This document shows positions 57,114-64,000 of a DNA stretch of 64,000 nt, in pieces. Both the position numbers and the translations under genes were made by a program. The notes under the pieces were generated by a model, which was not told where the DNA came from, made no database searches, and saw only the letters and a list, made by a program, of their open reading frames with translations. The stretch lies in contig JAPYQN010000004.1 of assembly GCA_029941465.1 (NCBI GenBank), positions 13,111 through 77,110 on the forward strand. Reading direction: 5' to 3'. The stretch comes from Gammaproteobacteria bacterium. GTDB taxonomy: Bacteria > Pseudomonadota > Gammaproteobacteria > Steroidobacterales > UBA11654. The number at the start of each line of letters is the position of its first letter. Positions within the stretch are counted from its first letter, which is position 1.

Positions 57114-57921
57114 TCCAAGACTTTATAATTAAAGCTTCTTGCCAACGATCTGATAACTCTAACTGTGTTGCATCCGTAATGGCGTATCCAGGAGGTCCTA
57201 GCTCACATAAAAAATACAGTGTCTTATTTTCCCCATTTCTCTCTCTCCATTTTTGGATACCCTCTGCCCACCATTTTTTAAAAATATCTACCCAAACTTG
57301 GTGTTGTGGGAAGTTAAGCTGTATTTGTATTTGTTCGCGGCTAGCTACCCTGCCTTGAAAACAATCTGAACGCTCTAATATGGTGGTAATATATTGTTGG
57401 TCTGACTTGCTGATTGGAGTCCACATTTCCCTATCAACCACAAAGTGGGATAGGTCTGCACACAATCTCATCTCTGGAACCGCATCAATTAATTGGAGCG
57501 TGTAGTAGAGGTCATTCAGCAGGCTGTCCCTATGTGTCTCAAATAGAATCTTTATATTGGCTTTGTCTGCCTCTTCCATCCATGTATAAACTAATGGCAC
57601 AGCATCCTTATAATCTATCGGCATTACCCCCCCAATAATATTGACAAAACAAGCATCAAACTCTTTGGCTAGATTTAAAATAGGTCCGAGATCCCCCACC
57701 TTATAGGGAAATGCATTAACCATGCACCCCAAATTGTTCTCAATAAAATGGTGTTTTTTTGCACGGAAAGCTTTTATTTCGTGGGCGGCTAAATCAATGG
57801 TGGCGCCACTAAAGCCAGCCTTCTTTATTTTCTTAAAGTTATGTTCGTCGCTAGGTTCTTTTTTTGTTGGGTGCCGCTGCTCCATTGCCCAAAGAGATTG
57901 ATACACTTTTAATTGTTGCAC
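57085..57921 (-). CDS. Xylose-isomerase-like TIM-barrel protein (sugar-phosphate isomerase/epimerase family)
   Basis: 278 aa. The pattern ...LFETHRDSL...CADLSHFVV... is typical of the AP-endonuclease-2/xylose-isomerase-like fold. GTG start. Family-level call only. Confidence 0.5.
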   Translation of the reverse strand: MQQLKVYQSLWAMEQRHPTKKEPSDEHNFKKIKKAGFSGATIDLAAHEIKAFRAKKHHFIENNLGCMVNAFPYKVGDLGPILNLAKEFDACFVNIIGGVMPIDYKDAVPLVYTWMEEADKANIKILFETHRDSLLNDLYYTLQLIDAVPEMRLCADLSHFVVDREMWTPISKSDQQYITTILERSDCFQGRVASREQIQIQLNFPQHQVWVDIFKKWWAEGIQKWRERNGENKTLYFLCELGPPGYAITDATQLELSDRWQEALIIKSWIETIWQNND

Positions 57922-57926
57922 GCCGC

Positions 57927-58952
57927 TTACTCCAAAAACTTTAATAGGCCTGCTGATTTGAGGATATCATTTAGCTCGGTTTTATCTGGGATTGCTGCAT
58001 ATTCTTCTAACAATGCTAAAAATGATTTGGTGTGATATTTTTGGACTGCGGTCACTTTATGCTCAAAAATATTGCCATTAATAATTATAGACAAACTGTC
58101 CTCTCCGTTCTGTATGGCTTTGTTGTTAGCGCTTAACCATGGCATGAAGACTTGGGCCATTTCTGTGATTAATATTGGCATTATTGTATTTTCCAAGCTG
58201 CTCCATTGTTCAAAATCTCCTTCGTTTTTAGGGCTCAACATGCGGGCTATCCATTGTTTTACATTGGGGTAGCCGCCTTCAATGATTCTTTTTCCACTAA
58301 CATCAGTCCAGGCGTTATACACCTGCCCCCAAAGACCAAAATCTGCTAAAGATGGTCTCGCGCCAAAAAGGTATGGCCTGTGGTGTAAGTGGTTATCCAA
58401 CAATCCCAATAGGTTAGTGAATGACCTCTCAATTTCTCCCTCAGTTATAGGGTTTGACCCTATAACCCAAAGCCTTGTCTTCATTCTTTTTTTAAATATT
58501 TTAGCGGCTTGGTTTTTTAATATTTTATGTAAGATTGGCAGCCTTTTAGCCCAACCAGGAACAAATAACTCACCAAAGCGCTTGCTTGCAGCGGTTTGAT
58601 CTGCTTTGTATCGCCAACGGTAATGAAACATTGGTTTCACAACCCATTCGTCAGCATACTCTTCAAAAAATCTGCTGATAAAGGCTGTGTGTATTTCGTT
58701 TGGAATTATGCTGTTTTGGGGAAATTTTTCTTCTAACGATTGTATGATTGGCGTTGAGTCCTGGAGTACCTCTCTCTCGGGGGTTAGCACCAAAGGGATA
58801 ACCTGAATTTTTGCGAGTTTATTAAACTCTTTTTGTGTTTGTTGGTTTCTTATAATCCATTGATGAGGGATTTCCTTGTAACGAAAATAAGACCTCACCT
58901 TAACAGAGTAAGGTGACAACTCAGCACCATATATTAAATAGTCTTTGGTCAT
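57927..58952 (-). CDS. Glutathione S-transferase-like protein (thioredoxin-fold N-domain, long C-terminal domain)
   Basis: LSPYSVKVRSYFRYKEIPH...VIPLVLTPEREVLQDSTPIIQSLEEKF. 341 aa, about 120 aa longer than canonical GSTs. Confidence 0.55.
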   Translation of the reverse strand: MTKDYLIYGAELSPYSVKVRSYFRYKEIPHQWIIRNQQTQKEFNKLAKIQVIPLVLTPEREVLQDSTPIIQSLEEKFPQNSIIPNEIHTAFISRFFEEYADEWVVKPMFHYRWRYKADQTAASKRFGELFVPGWAKRLPILHKILKNQAAKIFKKRMKTRLWVIGSNPITEGEIERSFTNLLGLLDNHLHHRPYLFGARPSLADFGLWGQVYNAWTDVSGKRIIEGGYPNVKQWIARMLSPKNEGDFEQWSSLENTIMPILITEMAQVFMPWLSANNKAIQNGEDSLSIIINGNIFEHKVTAVQKYHTKSFLALLEEYAAIPDKTELNDILKSAGLLKFLE

Positions 58953-60247
58953 AATTCGTTTTTGTTTTTATAAAGAGCGCTCATTAACTCAAAGACCACC
59001 GGCGTTAATTTTGTTTCGCTCATTTGTTTGTCTTTAAAATAACTGTTCCACACCACCACATAGTCCTCAGTGGGGTTTACTATTAACCCTTGTCCAGCCC
59101 AACCTCCTTTATAAATATTGCCATTCTCAAAAACCATATCCCACTGATCTATATTGTGTTTAAGCCCGGGAATGAGACTAGGAACACCTGGTTTTGTTAT
59201 AAGGGATGGCCGTCCTGAGTAGAGCAATTTATTAATATACTTTTCTGAGATCAGCCGCTTATCAGATACCTTATTAAAGCTAGGGGTAAACAATAACCCA
59301 AAACGGGCAACATCTTTTGGTCTAGCTAAAAACCCGCCATGCGTGACTGGGACGCCAAACCTGGGTGCAAAAAAAGCGGCGTCTGCCTCGGCACCAATTT
59401 TGGTCCAAATCATTTCACTTAGAGCGTCTTGGAACTGAAGCCCTGTTATTTTTTCAACCATCCACCCAAGAATAAATGTGTTAACCCCTGAGTAATCAAA
59501 TTGTTTTCCTTGTTCGGTAAACTTACCAACCTTTAGTTTTGCAACAAACTCATATGGATTGTCTGGAGACTCTGCGGTCCAAAAACCGTCTCCTATTGCA
59601 GAAGAATACACATAGTAACAAGCTTGTTTGTTTTCATACTCCTCGGAACATTTAATGCCTGTTGCCATATCGAGAATATTTTGCACCAGGATCCCTTCAA
59701 AATCTGAGCCTTTTAATTCTGGTAAATACAGATCGATTGGGAGCATTGTGTCAATCTTGCCTTGCTCCTCCAACATCGCCACCAGCGTTGCTACAAAGAC
59801 TTTTGCAACTGACCAAAAAATGGGCTTTTCATGGGGTTTCATTCGCGGATAGCTCTCATAAACTATTTCACCCTTATGAACAATGATCATTGATATTGCA
59901 GTTGAAAGATCGCTGTGCAGAAAACTCTCAAATGCCATCGGTCCTTTAGGTGTTTGTATTTTAGTGTTAGCGATACGTTTAGAGATATTTAGAGGCAAGT
60001 TTTTTACTGGCCCGTTTCTGTAAACGGTGTTTGTTGGAAAAATTTTATTAAGGTTTTTAAAGTTCCACAACATATCCTCACCATAAACAGTCCACCATAT
60101 GTCATCGGTGGGTAATTTTTTGATTTGCTCCCTTGTGATATCAACTTCCGCGTTAACAGAAATGTCAGCAACACTGTGCTGCATAGAAAGCAATACCATT
60201 ATATAAAAACAATATTGAGTTTTTTTGTTAAGCATGTGATTAAACAT
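58949..60247 (-). CDS. Secreted beta-lactamase-fold serine hydrolase (class C/EstB/aminopeptidase-like)
   Basis: N-terminal signal-like segment. S-x-x-K motif in FWSVAKVFVATL. 432 aa. Start overlaps the upstream stop (TAATG). Confidence 0.6.
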   Translation of the reverse strand: MFNHMLNKKTQYCFYIMVLLSMQHSVADISVNAEVDITREQIKKLPTDDIWWTVYGEDMLWNFKNLNKIFPTNTVYRNGPVKNLPLNISKRIANTKIQTPKGPMAFESFLHSDLSTAISMIIVHKGEIVYESYPRMKPHEKPIFWSVAKVFVATLVAMLEEQGKIDTMLPIDLYLPELKGSDFEGILVQNILDMATGIKCSEEYENKQACYYVYSSAIGDGFWTAESPDNPYEFVAKLKVGKFTEQGKQFDYSGVNTFILGWMVEKITGLQFQDALSEMIWTKIGAEADAAFFAPRFGVPVTHGGFLARPKDVARFGLLFTPSFNKVSDKRLISEKYINKLLYSGRPSLITKPGVPSLIPGLKHNIDQWDMVFENGNIYKGGWAGQGLIVNPTEDYVVVWNSYFKDKQMSETKLTPVVFELMSALYKNKNEL

Positions 60248-61191
60248 TATATTTGTTGTGTTGTTTCAGTCCTAAAAAATTTGAAAAAGCACCATGTAGA
60301 AAACGCGCTTAACAGGTGCCATATTGCGTGGGGTTGCAACCAAGCATCAGGGTTGCAGAGCATCTCTGACCATTGATTTAACCAAATGGTAAAGGCGGTT
60401 ATGTATGACGCCATACCCAAGAAAAACCAAGGGTTATAGGTTCTTTTAATTCTTGGTGCGTGGGGCGCAAAAACAGCTGGGAGCCAAAATAAAACCACCC
60501 ACCAATACTCGGCAGGATTGGACAGAATTTCACTGGGCAGCGTTCCAAACATTGCTGCAACCACAAACCCCACTAACCCAGAAACCCACCTAAAAACTGG
60601 TGTCCAAAAATTAAATAGTGTTTCTGAAATTATCCATAGTCCTATTGATAAACCAAATAAATCTAAACCAATTCCAAGGTCATCCCCGTACACCCATCTT
60701 GCATACCCATAAAGAACAACGATGGAAAAATAAATTACAAGAAAGCGCTCTGAGCTCCAGCGCCCCATTTCTTTTAGGTTATAAAGCCATGGGAAGATGA
60801 TGTACATAACCATACTTAGGTTGTCTGCCCATTGCCCCCATTCAGTGTGGGTTCCATGCATCAACATTGAGCCAGGACCCAAGTAAATGGCAGCCCCTGC
60901 ATAAAGCATGCTTAATTTATTTAACCCACTGAATGTGTTTTGTTGTTGGTTGGTTGGGCCTATGCTTAAAGCTCTAAACATATAAAGACCGGCAATCATA
61001 AACCCTAGGTTGCTGAGTGCATTTGAGGGCTCCCTAAAGATTCCATCACTAACTCTTTCACACCACCTAGAAACATCTCCAGCTGATAATCCAGGCTCAA
61101 ATGACAAAATCAGTCCGCTTGAGGCCAGTATGAAATAGGCCAGCAAAAACAACGCGCTTAAAATAACGGCTATTGGGAAAGCTTTATTCAT
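60247..61191 (-). CDS. 7-TM alkaline-ceramidase-family (PF05875-like) membrane hydrolase
   Basis: RWCE...REPSNALSNLGF, GSMLMHGTHTEWGQWADNLSM and PHAIWHLLSA are collinear with the DWCE/NTxSNL, His-81 and HxxWH zinc-site blocks I recall from human ACER3. About 7 TM. 314 aa. Confidence 0.65.
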   Translation of the reverse strand: MNKAFPIAVILSALFLLAYFILASSGLILSFEPGLSAGDVSRWCERVSDGIFREPSNALSNLGFMIAGLYMFRALSIGPTNQQQNTFSGLNKLSMLYAGAAIYLGPGSMLMHGTHTEWGQWADNLSMVMYIIFPWLYNLKEMGRWSSERFLVIYFSIVVLYGYARWVYGDDLGIGLDLFGLSIGLWIISETLFNFWTPVFRWVSGLVGFVVAAMFGTLPSEILSNPAEYWWVVLFWLPAVFAPHAPRIKRTYNPWFFLGMASYITAFTIWLNQWSEMLCNPDAWLQPHAIWHLLSAFSTWCFFKFFRTETTQQI

Positions 61192-61225
61192 TTTTTACTC
61201 ACCGTTACTATAAAGGCTTGGGGCT

Positions 61226-61585
61226 TTATTGGTGCGTTCGGTTGCCATCAAAAACACAAACAAAATACAGCTCGTCTTCGGAGTCATTAACAACTCTGTG
61301 GAATTTGCCGTCCTCTATTAAAACAACATCCCCTTGCCTGACTGCAAAATCTTCATTGATGGTAATGTCGTCGGCATCTTGGGTTCCAAGGAGCATTCTA
61401 CCCATGCCCTTAACAAAAATATAAACCTCTTCTTGTCCCGCATGGAAGTGCCCTGTGGTTTGTTTTCCTGGGTTTAGGTTGGTGCTGCTCACTACTAGAT
61501 TCTGTAAATCTGTATTGTCTTTTACAATATAGCGGTCATCTTCTTTAACTAAAGCGCCACCTACATCGTTGATATTAATTTTCAT
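61226..61585 (-). CDS. Small cupin protein with a cupin-type phosphoglucose-isomerase-like metal motif
   Basis: 119 aa. TTGHFHAGQEEVYIFVKGMGRMLL...FHRVVN (His/Glu metal ligands). Confidence 0.55.
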   Translation of the reverse strand: MKININDVGGALVKEDDRYIVKDNTDLQNLVVSSTNLNPGKQTTGHFHAGQEEVYIFVKGMGRMLLGTQDADDITINEDFAVRQGDVVLIEDGKFHRVVNDSEDELYFVCVFDGNRTHQ

Positions 61586-61679
61586 GTTTCTCCTTTTCTT
61601 CTTTGGTCTCTTCTAAAAACAAATTCTATATATATTTTACATGATCATTAACATGTTGATAAACAAACTGTGCTGAGGC

Positions 61680-63788
61680 TCACCATAATCTAGGAACCTC
61701 TTCTTGCCATTCTTTTTCTCTAATCACCTCTCCGTTTTTTTCCAGTATCCTCTTGAATTTATAATAGAATGTTTTTTCATCGCTACTGAAATCGAGTATT
61801 CCGGTCCATTTTAAGCCTTGGTCTTTTTGTTCTTCTTTTAGTTGAACGGTAGTGGTGTAGGTGCTTAGAACGCTGGACAGCGCTGGCGTAACATCATTCG
61901 CTGTGTAGGTGACTAACTCCTTATAACTGCGAACGCCCCAGGGGTATTGGTCACTGCCCGAATTTCTGGCCAGTATCGTTGTGGTTCCGGTGCGTTCGTC
62001 TCGCTGAGTGTCTGACAATTCCGGATAGCCAGAGATGGTGCCAGAGGCGATGGAATTATAGTTGGGTAATTTCGGCGGGGGCGCTACAGGATTGGGGAAA
62101 GGATTTGCCATTGGTGTTGGATTGATAGGCACCGGTAATGTCAAAAATGACTTCAATTGGTTGTTCGATCTGATTGAGGTCGTCATGGGGTAGGGAGAGG
62201 GCCAGATCATGGGCCATTGGGCGTTGTTGACTGACACTCGTATCTTATGTCCTTTTTCAAACGTCCAAGAGGTGGCATGTAACTCGACATTAAGTGTATA
62301 AACTTTGTCCTCGGTCAAGCGAATTGGTTTTTCCGAAGATTCCACATGGTTGGCATTGAAGCCGGCTCCAGTGATGAAAGTAACCATGCCGTTGGGAGCG
62401 ACGTCGGATAATCGTACAAACCAGTTGGCTGCTGCTGCATCAGCGGTGGTTTGCAAAGTCACCTGAGGCATACCAATGATGGCCAATCTTTCGATGATAG
62501 GTTCTGAGTCGTAGACCAGACTGTGTGCATCTACAATTTTTTGATCCGGTTTTAAATCGCCCCACCACATCGCTGTGCCAGTGGCGTCTGGGGTAGTGGG
62601 ATAGTAAGTTAGTGAATGCTCAAATTGTGCGGGTGTGGCGACTAAATGGTGGTTCTGGTTGAAATACAACACTGAATTCCTGGTTTCTGGCCACTGAGCC
62701 GAGGTGTACCAACGACCGGGAATATTCGTCAGATCCTCTCCCGGCTCGTGCCAATCGCGTTGGTAGTAATAGACGGACGGTTCATTCAAAATGCCTGTGT
62801 CTTTGCCCTTCATCCAATGGTCCAACCAACGCACGGCCATCTCTCTCCACTCGATAGCAGGCTCTGGATAAGCGTTGTGTGGGAAAGTATGATTCCAGGG
62901 GCCTAGTAGCGCCTTATAAGGTACATCAGCATTCTGAGCCATTCTGGGCACGATATCCCGATAACCATCATAGTAACCGCCGATTACGAAAACAGGGATA
63001 TCTATCAAGGAGTAATCTGTGTTTAAAGACGCTCTGTTCCAGAAAGGACCATCCACTTGTTGTTTCTTATACTTCAATAGCCAAGGGGCTGTATCAAAAC
63101 GGTCGCTAAAGTAACTTCCTCCAATATCAAAATCAGGCGACCCGGGTATTATGTTATCTATGTCCATCATCAGCTCATAGGTATCAATGTGGTGCATTCC
63201 ATCAATGAAATGGACGTCATCTTCATAGATATCGTCGGTAGACATTAACGATATAATGGTTTTTAACGCAGGAGGGTGACGCATCGCCATGTGGAGTCCG
63301 TTGAACCCACCCCACGAAATTCCAAGCATTGCTATGTTGCCATTAGAAAAATGCTGTTTGGACAACCAATCAATTACCTGTAAGCCGTCTAATTGTTCTC
63401 GTTCCGAATACTCTCCATCCACCAATTTCCCTTCACTGCGCCCAGTTCCTCTGATATCAACTCGGGCAACAATGTAGCCGCGCTTAACAAAATAATGGAA
63501 AGTGTCAAGTCGGGAAGGTCTGCTCTCATCCTTACGATACGGCAGATATTCCAGTATCACCGGAAGGCGTTCGTTATTTTTCAGGTTAATGGGCACATAA
63601 AGATCGGCAGCCAATTTGATGCCATCTTTCATAGGTATTAAGATTTCTTTAATTTGTACGTCCCCCGCTACAACTGCGCTTGTTTGTCCGTATAGTGCTT
63701 TTGGAATCAACAATACGAACAGCAGTACGAACGAAAATGCGAGCTTTGTCAGAATCTTTTTTTTGCCGATAAAAATGGTATAAAACAT
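61680..63788 (-). CDS. CocE/NonD-family hydrolase (S15 X-Pro dipeptidyl-peptidase family), N-terminal signal/anchor
   Basis: 702 aa. Nucleophile elbow MLGISWGGF. The layout is an alpha/beta hydrolase domain followed by a C-terminal jelly-roll. Confidence 0.7.
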   Translation of the reverse strand: MFYTIFIGKKKILTKLAFSFVLLFVLLIPKALYGQTSAVVAGDVQIKEILIPMKDGIKLAADLYVPINLKNNERLPVILEYLPYRKDESRPSRLDTFHYFVKRGYIVARVDIRGTGRSEGKLVDGEYSEREQLDGLQVIDWLSKQHFSNGNIAMLGISWGGFNGLHMAMRHPPALKTIISLMSTDDIYEDDVHFIDGMHHIDTYELMMDIDNIIPGSPDFDIGGSYFSDRFDTAPWLLKYKKQQVDGPFWNRASLNTDYSLIDIPVFVIGGYYDGYRDIVPRMAQNADVPYKALLGPWNHTFPHNAYPEPAIEWREMAVRWLDHWMKGKDTGILNEPSVYYYQRDWHEPGEDLTNIPGRWYTSAQWPETRNSVLYFNQNHHLVATPAQFEHSLTYYPTTPDATGTAMWWGDLKPDQKIVDAHSLVYDSEPIIERLAIIGMPQVTLQTTADAAAANWFVRLSDVAPNGMVTFITGAGFNANHVESSEKPIRLTEDKVYTLNVELHATSWTFEKGHKIRVSVNNAQWPMIWPSPYPMTTSIRSNNQLKSFLTLPVPINPTPMANPFPNPVAPPPKLPNYNSIASGTISGYPELSDTQRDERTGTTTILARNSGSDQYPWGVRSYKELVTYTANDVTPALSSVLSTYTTTVQLKEEQKDQGLKWTGILDFSSDEKTFYYKFKRILEKNGEVIREKEWQEEVPRLW

Positions 63789-63794
63789 AATTTG

Positions 63795-64000
63795 TTAATT
63801 CTTCTGTTGAAGGGTAGCTGTAAATTCATTTTTTCCATCAAAATAAACTATATTTTTTATTTCGGGTGGTTCCTCTACACATTTTAGATTAATGCTGTAT
63901 GAATCGGGATGTGAACGAGGTTGATAAAAACTTTTTATTCCGCATTTTTTACAAAATAAATGCTTTGCTTTTTTAGTTCCAAAAGAATACTCGGTAATTA
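63795..64000 (-). CDS. GFA/CENP-V-family protein, C-terminal 67 codons (runs off the right edge)
   Basis: Not in the ORF track. The minus-strand frame reads ...ITEYSFGTKKAKHLFCKKCGIKSFYQPRSHPDSYSINLKCVEE...QQKN* with the stop at 63795-63797. FC-x-x-CG is typical of glutathione-dependent formaldehyde-activating-like proteins. Confidence 0.55.
   Translation of the reverse strand, partial: ITEYSFGTKKAKHLFCKKCGIKSFYQPRSHPDSYSINLKCVEEPPEIKNIVYFDGKNEFTATLQQKN

Overview
This is 64 kb of an AT-rich, very gene-dense proteobacterial chromosome. Most intergenic gaps are under 100 bp and many genes overlap by 1-30 nt. The backbone is housekeeping: frmA, ampG, two exonuclease III paralogues, pyrE, dut, rpmB-rpmG, mutM, ggt, coaD, rsmD, rpoH, trmB, gltBD, gabD, acs, split pntAA/pntAB/pntB, priA, argS, an ntrY/ntrX-like pair, DUF4390, fmt, def, smg, topA, tsaC and aroE. 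The synteny (def-fmt-DUF4390-ntrY-ntrX; smg-topA-tsaC-aroE) and the low GC suggest a streamlined marine gamma- or beta-proteobacterium, but that is inference only. I call 59 CDS, including rpmG (missing from the ORF track) and two edge-truncated genes. I found no rRNA, tRNA, CRISPR array or transposase by eye.

The main candidates for follow-up are:
1. A translationally coupled operon at 54.8-61.6 kb. It joins a 7-TM alkaline-ceramidase homologue, a secreted beta-lactamase-fold hydrolase, a GST-like protein and a TIM-barrel protein to a hydroxylysine-kinase-like kinase and an ETNPPL/PHYKPL-like phospho-lyase. I read it as a candidate undescribed pathway that deacylates an N-acyl amino-alcohol lipid and then degrades the amino alcohol.
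2. An integrase-only mini-element bounded by 15-bp direct repeats.
3. A single GC-rich, GC3-skewed membrane-protein gene embedded in AT-rich DNA.
4. Two conserved genes (an exonuclease III and tsaC) with no canonical start codon available. Each has a strong Shine-Dalgarno followed by ATT or ATC; for tsaC a -1 slip from topA is an alternative.
5. A nitrilase-superfamily homologue lacking the catalytic Cys, next to an orphan UbiD-like gene.
6. An NtrX-like regulator with a degenerate AAA+ core.

All family assignments come from motif reading and remembered reference sequences. None were checked against a database.
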